A DNA stretch of 64,000 nucleotides from Bugula neritina (Eukaryota; Animalia; Bryozoa): NCBI GenBank assembly GCA_964035545.1, contig OZ037765.1, positions 13,774,698 to 13,838,697 on the forward strand, read 5' to 3'. The notes beneath the pieces were generated by a model. The model made no database searches. It was not told the DNA's origin and worked only from the letters and a program-made list of their open reading frames with translations. Both the position numbers and the translations under genes were made by a program. Positions within the stretch are counted from its first letter, which is position 1. The number at the start of each line of letters is the position of its first letter. Positions 1-11,500 of the stretch are shown here, in pieces.

Positions 1-3000
1 TCTTGACAAATAATAGCTTTGGATTTGGCAACTTGTATTTGCTGTAGCTTTTTACAATTGATGCAAATTAGTAGCCACTGTTTGGAGGTGTGGTTAGCAT
101 TTCGTGCTAAGACAATTACTATAATGGAAAACCAACATTAAATCTTCAAATATACTTGACTATTAATCAGATTACTTAATATCTCTGTTGAACAATGGTA
201 GGTTCATGGTGTAAATAGGGGTCAACTGCCGATTAGATTGATGGTTGTGATGTCCTCTTTGAGTTATCGAAATGACTACTATTATAGCAGAGAACAGCTA
301 AAACCAAATAATATATTGTTACCAAGTATACTGTAACAACCATCAGTGTATTTACAGCAACTACGTATTTATAGCAGGCAAAAAAGCTGCATGTCGCCAA
401 CTTTTTGAAAACCATGTACAGTTTAAAGGTTTAAATCGTTTTTATGAATGGATATATCTTTCGACATCTGAACACATTGAACATTAACGACAGTTATATA
501 CGTTTTCTTTTATAAATTAGTTATAACTAACCTGATCTTTTGTACCAATGGTGAGAGCAAACTTAACATCCTATCCAGTTCTAATGGTTTAGTAAATAAT
601 GGTCACAATGGATTACAGTGTTTCATGACTAATAGACACAGTGTTGGTGGTGGTTTTCACAAAAATTCAACAGTTTTGAGTTAAGGAGAACCACCATTTT
701 GACCTCTATAATATATTGAAACAGTTTTTGTATTGTTCTTCCATGCTTGCAATGCATTGTAACAGAGTTCTTGGTTGATTTTTGTTTAGTAAGAAATCTG
801 ATACTGTGTTATAGAGGAAGTGTAGTAATTTAACTAATTTGCTCATTGGTAAAAAGTGCAGATAGAGTAGACAACTCTCTAGATAAAAAGAGTGGCAAGC
901 AGTTATACTCTTAGGAGTGTGTGCAGTGCATGTTACATATATTTGTGATTAAAGTACACAAAACTACTAATTCTTTTTCTGGTAGGTTTAGATTCCAGCA
1001 AAATAATAGTTTACCAAAATAAAATAAAGTCGCACAATTTACATCTATATTGCTATGTACAAATGAAAATGAAAATTATTGTAATTTGCATGGTTTCTTT
1101 ATTTTTGAAATTGTTCTATAATTTTATACTTGGTTCTGGTTTAATATTGCTTAGAATACTATTAAAATTTTTAATTAGAAGAACTAAAGCACTGATCTGC
1201 ATGCGTATATGAGCTCAGTTTTACTAGAGCAATTGACTGCAGAGGCAACTATTTGCCAGCGACATCTTAAAACTAGGATGCTGCTTCAAATCACTATAAA
1301 CTCATAGACATGATGGCTGCTTAATTGAGGAGCAAAGTGAGCATTGATTAAAGTTTATCTCTGTGTTCACTGGTCATACATGAAGCCTGCATGCTCTGGA
1401 CACAAATATTTGAAAGTTATGAAAATTAATAAAAAGGCACCAATAATAAGCATGCTTATAAATCATCATTTAAAACAAAAATTTCAAATAAAGTTTTTAA
1501 TGAAAATTACATGTACAAATATTATTTTGGTTGTGGTTTGATAAGTTATAACCAAACCAACAATTGTAATAATCTGCTGGCTGTTAGCATGTTAAGATCA
1601 TCCTGCTTATATGCAACATTTGGGAAATACTTTTACCATTAGGTGGTCGGGCCATCATAACATGCCACAGAAACAGGAACTCTCTTTGTCTTCTGAATAG
1701 ACCAAACTAATCTCCCGGAACTCCAGAGTTAAAGAACCAGAATTTGAGCCAGTTGGCAAAATGTTGATGGAGTTGCTATGCCAACTTTTTCCACTACCAC
1801 CAGTTTTGAAGACATCCAAATTCAGCAGAGAAGTTAACACACAAAATTTTTCGAATGAATAAGCATTTACATTTTATGTCAAGTGCAGTTGTAAATGAAT
1901 GTAGTACAGTTTTGAGAGCATATTTTCTATTAATGCAATTTAATTTTACATGACCTTGTAAATGAGTTGTCAAAGTTTTCAAACAAAACACATTTTAATT
2001 CCATGTCTTGCATACAGAACATATGTTTTGTTTTCATTCATCTTCCAGTAGCTATTTTTTCAAAATGTTTCATTTCATTTTGCAGAAGTTGAGCCAACAA
2101 ATAGAATATTAGCAACGCGGTGCATGCTAATATCTAATAATGTATTATATGTGGGCATACATTGCTAGCATACATGGCTTCCCACATGCATCACTATGAT
2201 AGGCATGTCAAATAGTTTTTCTGAAAGGGTTAAAAAAGTGATCATTATGATAAATTTATAATTGGAAAATTTCTCAAAAAGTTAATGCATTCCAGGAATG
2301 AGTTTTTTTCTCATATATAGGTAGCCTATATAGTTCAAATTTTTCTACATCATGCGCATAGACAATGCAAATGAACTAAGCTCACTGCAACTTCTCCTTT
2401 TAAATAAAACTTTAATCAAGCTATATAAATTAAAATTATGTAATGCGCCAGTATATTAGTTATATGTACCACATAAAAACAAATTTTCTAAAGTCATGAC
2501 ATACAAAGTCTAAAAAGAGATTTTCCTTCTTGTAAAAGTTGTTACAAGCGTTTCATTTATAATATTCAAAAACTGGGTGCATATTATATAAATATTACCT
2601 ATATTACTTCTAACAACAATAAAAGTAAACAAATAAGTACTTTAAGTAATTTTATACACACCTAGTATTGCGAGTAGCAATAATATACAAGTCAGTATGT
2701 GCTTACATAGCAATATCAGCAGTGGGTTTCTTAATGTATGGTTTGGCAAGGAATTGTCTTTACATATTCAAAATAATCAATGCAAAAGTTCATGTTATTT
2801 TTATTTTTATACATATCATGATAAAAAATAGTTGCAAGATAGTTGGTTAAAACTATTTCTTTTAAAGCAGTGGTTTCCAACCTTTTTCATACTATTCCCC
2901 CCTTTCATAAATGTTGACTATTAACTTCCCCCTTTCGAAGGGCAAAAATATTTTATGACTTACTGAATGAGAATATATAATACAATGCAATATATTTTGT

Positions 3001-3309
3001 TCTATCATATTTGCATATAATTTAATTATCATAATAGTAATAGTATCATTATTTTTATGTTATAAAACACAGGGCAGTTCAATTATTAATGTTATGGCTT
3101 CATTTGATGCTTTTGTGCCAGCTTGCTTAAGCCTGGCTCTGTGTTAGACCAGGCCCATCTTAAGTCACTCTGCAGGTTAAGGCAGTTTCTCTTCTTTTTG
3201 AATTGATGAGAATCCTACCTCACACGGATAGGTGGTGCTGGATGGCACCAAAACTCTGCTTTGTCAGTTATGTGTGGGAAGGGTTTGCTTGTTGAAACCC
3301 ACAATTATT

Positions 3310-3571
3310 TGGCACACTGATGTTAAGTTTTGCTAAACTCAAACCGCAAACCCTCCACCACAAGCCCCCAACTCTTGAACCACAAACCCTCACCCCCTAA
3401 CCTAAACCCCCACCCCCAAACTCAAGAATCCCAAGTACAAACCCAACATCCTCACCCCAAACCCTTCTTTCAAACTCCAAACCCCCACCCTAATATTGAA
3501 AGCATGTGCCATTTTTACCTACTTTTCCATTTGTGCCATTATTACCTGTGCCATTTCTACTAGACACTACC
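3310..3571. repeat. Short non-autonomous interspersed element (C-rich CCCTAA/AACCC core, TGTGCCATT subrepeats), copy 1, nested in the hAT element
   Basis: 3490-3571 is the approximate reverse complement of 3835-3915. Contains repeated TGTGCCATT motifs and a C/A-rich core. A Helentron/HINE-like identity is inference only. Confidence 0.55.
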
Positions 3572-3834
3572 CACAATACATTAACTGGAGAAAATTTCAA
3601 ATCACCCTTCATTGCTGAACTGAACTCAATAAAATCCTCCTGTAACTCCTTTGCATACAAATAACTCCATTAACATTAACTCCAGTAACTCCATTGCGTT
3701 GCAATGGATCACAATATGTCAAGTTAAGAATCTAGCTCTTTCTTTTTGGGAGGTAGCTCAGAGAAATACTCTTAAAACTCCAATAAAAGTTCAGGGAGAT
3801 GCCTAGAAGTTGTTTTGAAAAATTATCTGGAACA

Positions 3835-4000
3835 GGTGGTGTCCAGAAAAATGGCACAGGTAATAATGGCACAAATGGAAAATTAAGTAAAATTGGCACA
3901 TTTTCAATATTAGCGTTGTAGCTTTGGGTTGGGGGTTAGGTGTTCAGGATGAGGGGTTTGGAGGTTTGGAAAAATTTAGCACCAGTGTGCGATTTTTACC
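3835..4000. repeat. Same short interspersed element, copy 2, in inverted orientation
   Basis: AATGGCACA subrepeats and a G-rich GGGTTGGGGGTTAGG core, mirroring copy 1. Confidence 0.55.
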
Positions 4001-4619
4001 TAAAATCGGAATAGGTTCTTCTCCTATCAAAGTTCATTGAGTTTGGGGAAAAACACTATGTTTTTGATAAACGCCACCACTTTATTGTAACTTTAAAAAC
4101 ATTGCTGCTGCTATGAAAGGCAATGGTATGATGATTGCACTCCTGCATTTTTAAGTTCTGATTATTTAGTGCAGCAAATATATTCACTAGGTATTAGTAT
4201 ACAGTTCATAGCGATTGACTTGCATGGCTGCTAAAAGTTGGCCTGTTGGTTTTTGCATAATTTTGACTTTCATTTGAAGTAACACAGAAAACAGTTAGAG
4301 TAGAGTAGGTAATTAATAAACACATTCATGTAGAAGTAAACTGAGATTGCAGAATATGGTTTGGTTAAATAGATGACCTAAGATGAAGATTTATAGATAT
4401 GCATATACATGTAACTTGTAAGAGCTCAAAAGCTGTCAACAAATTGCGTGAAATTTTCAAAATCCAAATCCCCCTAAAATGTCCAAATTCCTCCCCTATG
4501 GGGGAATTCCCCCCAGGTTGGGAACCACTGTTTTAAAGCCATCGTACATACAAATAATTGTTTATATCGCAAAACGATACTATTAACATGGAGTTGTGCT
4601 TGCTTTGAATAACCATAAT

Positions 4620-5270
4620 TTTACAAGCTTTTGGGTGAAACACGGCAACGCATTTTTCTGCAGCCACAGGCTCGAAGTCTGTTTTGCAAAGCATGTGCAC
4701 AGAAAAACATCAGGCTAAGCTAGTTATGACGCGTCTAGTTTTACTTTGCGGAATGGCTTAGATTCTGAGGTGAGTTATGTTTTTGAGCAAAATCACAAAA
4801 AATTAAACTAGAACAATTTAATTATTAGAATATAAAATGCTAATCAAATTATTGGCACAGTAATGTCTTTTACATTATCAATAATTGTTATTACAATTTT
4901 TGTGGACACGAATTGAAGTAATTATAATTGTAGTGTCGGCAATAAGTAAAAGTATGAAATGATTTGTAAAAGTCTGGAATTCGGACCAATAATAATGCTT
5001 GTAACAACTTTACGGGCACTAACCTGGGGACTTTTGTAGTGCCCCTGCCCTACTGCGTCTATTAGCAGAATGATTTAGTGCATAGACCTCATTGTGCATG
5101 AGCCTCTAGCAGTAGTCATCGTGATCGTGATAAATTGTACAAATGAATGAACTACCGCTATGACTGTCGTCCAAAATAATAATCTTCAAGTTCACGAACA
5201 GTTCAAGTACAGGCACTTTAGGCGTATGGCTTATCGTCCTATGGGCTCTTTACAGTGCAACTAAAAGTAA
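4620..5270 (+). promoter_or_regulatory. Putative CIC promoter / non-coding first exon
   Basis: Locally CpG-richer island with a strong donor GAG|GTGAGT at 4769. The first coding exon of CIC starts at an acceptor (TTTCTAG, 8530), so a 5' UTR exon must lie upstream. The position is inferred. Confidence 0.35.
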
Positions 5271-5309
5271 ATCAAAATGTAATTCACTAAATCTAATTGA
5301 CAAATTATT

Positions 5310-6640
5310 ATTGACCTATACACTAACTTATACTAATACTTATAGTTATAGTTATAGATACCGATAGTCATACTCAATCTCATACTGATACTCACCATAG
5401 TGATACTGATAGTCATAGACATAGTGATACTGATAGTGATAATCATAATGATACTGACATTAGTATTACTATTAGTATTACTCACTATTGTAAGTTTGAG
5501 TCATACCTAAGGCTAATGCCCAATGGCTAATACTAATAGTAATAGTAATAGTAATACTTATAGTTATAGCGGGTACTCATACTGATACTGATAGTGATAC
5601 TCACACTTTTTCTTATAGTTATACTAAATCTAATAGTAATATCTGATACTAAAACTCATATAAATCTAATAGTATAAATATAACTATAAGTGATACTGAT
5701 ACTGATACTGATACTGATACTGATACTGATACTGATACTGATACTAATAGTGATACTAATAGTGATACTAATAGTGATAGTAAGACTAGTAATACTAATT
5801 GTAATAGTATTTATAGTAATAGTAGCACTAACAGTAAATAACAAATATACTATAAGTATAAGTATAACTAATAGTAATAACTAATATGTTAACTTTAACT
5901 AAAAATTATATTTAATTTTATAGTGTAAGTATTACTATTAGTATTAGCACTTGTTTATGCTATGTTTGCTTCAGAGACTGGTTGGAAAGTTTATGATGGT
6001 TTACTGCTCTAGATATTAAAGGTCCACTCTAGATAAATCTACAAGCACAGACTGGCTATTATGAATAACACGAATAACATAATGTAAACAATTATACATC
6101 AAGACAAAGCATATTTAGTATACCATCAACAGTGCTGCATTAGTCATATACTAAATCTAATAATTATGCTTATGCTTATACTTATGGTTATTCTTATTAC
6201 TTATATAATATTTGTTATTAAGTTAATGCTATTCATATTCATATTGTCACTCTGATTCAGGTTGACTTTGAGATTGTTCATTATGATTGTACGGTGTAGA
6301 TTCTACTTGTAGTCAGTTGCGATTATTAATCATAATCACAATGTTTATTATTATGTTATTATCATTATGATTATAATTATTTCTATTGAATAATTATAAA
6401 TCTATAAGATTGTCATTGACTGAGTATGAATATGAGTTTCAGTATGGGATTTAGCATGTATGAATATATGTATAACCATGAGTAATGACTATTACATTCA
6501 GTTTCACTATTACTATAGCTATCAGTAACTCATTCAGATACTGATACTCGCACTGAGTAGGCTAGTGAGTATCAATATTAGTCTTACTAATAGTAATACA
6601 GTAATGTAGTAATAGTATAACTACAAGTAATACCATCAGT
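5310..6640. repeat. Low-complexity period-3/6 TAN tract, including an (ATACTG)n microsatellite at ~5690-5750
   Basis: Directly visible, e.g. TACTAATACTTATAGTTATAG, GATACTGATACTG, TAATAGTAATAG. Confidence 0.85.
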
Positions 6641-8565
6641 ATTAATTCTATGAAATAATTGAGTTTGTGAAATTCAAATATAAGTTTTATATAAACAATG
6701 AGCAACTACAGCTGAGAGTAATGAAAGCACACTTAGTGAAACAATTGCCTAAATTTTTTTAGTTGTGTACTTAAAATAATCAATTGTGTGTAAAAAATTT
6801 TAACCAATAGTTACTTATGAGGTTCTAACTTGTTGTGCAAATAAAAAACAAATATTATAAATAAGCATTTAAAATAATTGGTAATGCTAAATTTAGTTTT
6901 TATTTACTGCAAAAAGGTAAAATGCCTTTACCAAATATCTTTTAAAGATAAATCCATGTATTTTGTTAGACCGCTTTGATGAGATTTCATTTGAACTTTA
7001 TTTTCATTCAATTTAACTTGTTGCAGATACAATACTTACCTTCATATTCACTATCACTTTGTAGATTTATTAGTTTATTGTGTCAAAAGTGGTTTCTCAA
7101 TGATCTCAATGATTAGTTGCTTTATTTTGCATTAGCAAGCAATTTAGCCAACAAAAAAGCAAAAATTACAAATAACTTGCTTGCTTTGGTTAAGTATTTT
7201 TATGTGGATAGCAATGCCATTCATTTAGTCAAAAAAGCTGCAGTTTCATAGACTAAAGTTTCAAGTTGCTGGCACAAAAGAGTTATGCTATAAAAGCTAT
7301 GCTGTAAAGAAAACTGTTTAAACCAAAAGATGTTCTAGTTAATAATCTGTCAACCCCACAATGTTGGCCCAATAGCTGCTCTACTATTTTGAATTGTTTA
7401 AAGAAAACTTTTTTTTAATACCACTGACTCATTTGCTTTTCAGGTTTTCATTCTTTTTTCTGAAGCTAATGAATTAGTCTGTGCAAAACCTCCAGATCAG
7501 TTAGAGCTGAGGGAATTACAATTAATTAATCCTTATTTAGTTTAATCCATGATTGTCAATCAAACCAATTATGTTGAAAATTATAATGAAGTTTGTGACA
7601 TATATGATATTTCATAAAACCTTAAAATAATAAATGGTTACATAATTTGCACTATCAGTTATATCAACAAATAAACATAAGTAATAGGTTTTGGAGTTAT
7701 TTTTAAAAATAGTTGTCTGTTCAGTTAATCCTAATTTAAACTTGTATTTGTGCTGACAAGTAATTTTTGTACTCGTGGTGTAAACTAGTCATTAAAATAT
7801 GAAACTCACGAAGTACCTATGAATATTGTATATACAATTACTGATTCAAATGTATATCAGCAAGTGTCGATTAGTGTTGAATTATTAATTAGTTGCAGTG
7901 TTATATGATGATTGTAGTAAACCTTAAAATGAGATAAAAGTTGCTGTGTGTAGGCACCCAGGCTACCTCGTCAAATTATATAGTAAAGTGTAAGGTTCAG
8001 ACTCTGTTGATGCAGCTTCCATTTGGGATAAATTATAAAAGTCAACTGTAGGATATTTTACTCAATTTCAACAATGCTATTAAATCTCTATTTGACTGTG
8101 TTTTGACTTTCCCGGTGATATAGTTATCTACTGTAGGTGTAACATTACACCATTCCAACTGTTGCGCTTTTGATAATTTGTAGTGTGTAAGAGCTTTATG
8201 AAATATCCAAAGTATAATGCTTAACTTTTTTCTGTATAGGCTAGCATATGCTGGCTTATTATTGTTAGCTTATAAAAATGCATATACTTATAAAGCTTAG
8301 GTTTAAAACTATTTTTCCTAGTAAAATTTGAATTAAATACTAAAACATTTTGTGTTAAATTGAATATTGAAAGAAACAGATGGATTAGTTGTACTCTGCA
8401 TATGTTACCATGGTAACAATACTAGGTATGTGGATGTCTGGGTACCTCCTTAGCCTGTCTACAGTACTGTTAGTACAATCCAGACAACTAATTATGATTA
8501 TATTCATTATCATATTAATATTTTTTCTAGAATTGAGAAAGACACTATTTGTCTAAGGTGGCACT

Positions 8566-11500
8566 ATGGCTTCTACAGCCGACCTTCATAAACCTCTTAA
8601 GAAAAGGAAAGCCGTTGAAATAAATGTCAAACTGGGCAATAATAAAGCAGTCATAGATTTTCAAGAATGGATAGGATCACTTGTATTGGCTAGATATGGC
8701 TCAGGGTTGTCTGTGTACAGACCCGGGAGGATCGTTTCTTGTCCATCAGCTGATTCCATTGCCATCCTTCTTGACAAACAGAGTGAACCTATGATATACT
8801 CGGGTATTCTCAACACACTGGACGTACTAGGCAACCATCCACCTGCAGCTATGCTCGTAACTGAAGGCATAGCTGTCTGCGTCAAAGAAAAACAAGATGA
8901 CAATGTATTTGTGGTAGCTAAGGTAAAGCAAGTGAATGCTGGACCACCGCTGAAATGCCTTGTGGAGTCAGAGAATCTTCCTAATGATGTTTGGGTAAAT
9001 AGAGCAAATATAAGACTGATGCAACCCCCTTGGTATGATGAACTGAAAGAGGCGTCTTTGAATCACGTGGTGAGTTACTTCACTGAATATATTGCACCTG
9101 GAAGCTATGAACATTTTTATTTCAAGTGAAGAAATTCAATGTCTGCATATTCAATATAGGTAGTATTTCTCGTGGAAACCAGAACTTAACTTTCTGGTGA
9201 ATAATGGCATCTGTTTTATTATGCAAAATTAATATATGATTTATTTCAAATCCTATTCGATTTTGTGTCTTTTTGCCAAAGTATTAGATTCATAATTAAA
9301 ATTGTGGACAATTCTCTTTTTTGCTGTTATTTACTGTTTTTTTATTAAAACTGTAAAATAGTTAAGATGCAGCTTTAAATTAGTTAAAAATGAAGTGTTT
9401 TCTCAGGATGAAAAATTTAATAATAATATTATGTAGACTTTGAAGTAAAGAATGGTTGTTTTTAAACTTATGTGAAATTGCTTCTCAAAAACAGTTCAAT
9501 TTTAGCGTAAGGTTGTGACCCAAGATGTTTTTGCCACCAGTTGAAGCAGCTATATTTTGTACTTGACTTAAACTCAAGTGCCCATGTGATAATCCAACAC
9601 TGGTATGTATGCTACTTGTTATCCTGTGTTATGGTAGGTCCAGTCCTCTCCAGACAGTGAAACAGAGGAGGAGTTACGTCATGTCATATCCTCACCAATA
9701 TCCCGGTCTACTTCACCTGGAGGAGGTGAGTTGATGAAGCCACCTAAAAAGCGTGCATCTTCTCGAAGCAAAAGTGTGCAATCGACTGATAGTGGCCGGG
9801 CGTCATCTACACCCAGAACCTCTCCATTCAAATACAAGAAAGGAGAAATAGTTTCAACCTCTAATGGCATAAGGAAAAAGTTTAATGGCAAACAATGGAG
9901 GCGTTTGTGTTCTTTGGATAACTGCAGCAAAGAATCTCAAAGGCGAGGTTATTGCTCTCGCCATCTCTCTCTCAAAGGTAAATCTGTACGAGGAGAGAGT
10001 GTGGATTATGCAATGGGGTCTGATGTGTGTGATACGTCATTAAATGAATATCCTTCATCAACTAGTCGTCTTGCATCAGCGAATGAATTTGACGAAAAAG
10101 ATGCCGCGACTATGCTCGTGTCATTAGGCAACACACCAATGGCATCGCAGGCAGTAACACCAGCTTCTGCGGTCATGATTAGCTCTATTACCAACAGAAT
10201 CAATGCCATGGTGTCACCCACACGAGGTTTTCCTGGCTTTGTTCCGATTTCACCCCAACAGACTAAAGGAAACTCTCTTTTATCGCCAACACTTCTTCCA
10301 TGGGCAACAGCTACCTTGTCCCATTCTGATGGTCTACTGTCTCCACCAGCACCCTTATCTCAACCAAACCGGACCATTGCTAATCAAATTGCTGTGCATA
10401 GCACCCACGAGACGAACTCTATTTCTACTGCTACATTCACCAATGCTCAACTAGCCATTCCGTCCAGGCGAGAGTCTGCTCTTGTTGGTTTATCAAATAA
10501 CACCAACAAAGCTTTACCATTAGACAATACCAGATCTGACTCTGGAATAGACATCACTTGCAGTTCAGCAGACAGCCCATCTATGAGGTCTGTCATTATT
10601 TCACCTTTGTCTGCATCCAAACAATTACTATTCAAACCGGACTTGTGGAACTACAAACTCACACAAAACCGGGGAGGGAAAAGTTCACAGGCACCAGGAG
10701 AACATGTTGGAAGAAAAGCAGAGAGTTCAACTTCAGGTAACACTAGCAGTTGGTAAGATTTTGTATTGGAAAAAAAAAAAAAAAAAAAAAAAAAAATCAA
10801 TTTTTAGAAATTGATTGAAGACATCTTTGGTGTTGAGGTGCTCTCCTCACTTGTGAATTTACACTCTTTGTCTGTAAGGTATGATAATATTTACACAGTA
10901 AAACTGTAAGTTATATAATACAGAGGATGTCTATGATGTTGAGGTTATTTAAACTAGTTGCAGTAATGTCTGCAACTTATATGTAAGAATGCAAACAGTT
11001 GATTGTGTGAGTTGTTAGGCAAGGTCAAATTGTTAACTTGTGATGGCTTTACGTAATAATACTATATTCATTCCAATAGCTCTATTTCATTTCATTTTAC
11101 TAGACTAGTAAAATAGTAGATTGTTCAAATGAATCAATCAATACATTTAGTTACTGGTGATACTACAGCTACTATAAGTAATTTTATCGCCTATCGGCTT
11201 ATCAGATGGCCTGCAAAATATCCAGCTACTCTGAGAGCTACTCTGAGAGCTACTCTGAGAGCTACTGCTTGCCCAATGTTCTGCCTGAGCCAGACATAGA
11301 CAGTGATCTAATAATAGCCTCCCACACTACCGTCAGTAATACCCAGTATAACTGTACAACTAATACAGTAGTAGCTTGGTAGTATGCTCTACTACGCACG
11401 GCTTATTCACTTCAGTTGTCTCGCATGCTCTATGTGAATTTGTAGATAACGTGGAAGAGTATATTCCAGTATACCAATGGCATGCTTTAGTGCCCTGTAT

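Larger units (their letters stand above)
2868..4530 (-). mobile_element. Decayed hAT-superfamily (Charlie/Buster-like) DNA transposon
   Basis: TIRs CAGTGGTTTCCAACCT (2868) and AGGTTGGGAACCACTG (ends 4530). Perfect 8-bp TSD TTTTAAAG at 2860-2867 and 4531-4538. The minus strand at ~3095-3257 reads RVLVPSSTTYPCEVGFSS, then after a frameshift KKKRNCLNLQSDLRWAWSNTEPGLSKLAQKHQ, matching the Buster/ZBED5-type C-terminal dimerisation motif (PFxTTYLCExGFS...RNRL...DLRxxxS). Confidence 0.9.

Noticed and set aside
1655-1840. Coding-like stretch upstream of the hAT element
   Set aside because: No recognisable homology or convincing splice sites; possibly an old transposon fragment.
3330-3563. Pro-rich 77-aa ORF
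   Set aside because: Arises from the C-rich core of an interspersed repeat.
5656-5884. Ile/Ser- and Ile/Leu-rich ORFs
   Set aside because: Translations of a hexamer microsatellite.
8661-10740. Antisense and alternate-frame ORFs over CIC exons (likewise over USP25, the lectin gene and the LINE)
   Set aside because: Shadow ORFs of real coding sequence, with no independent evidence.
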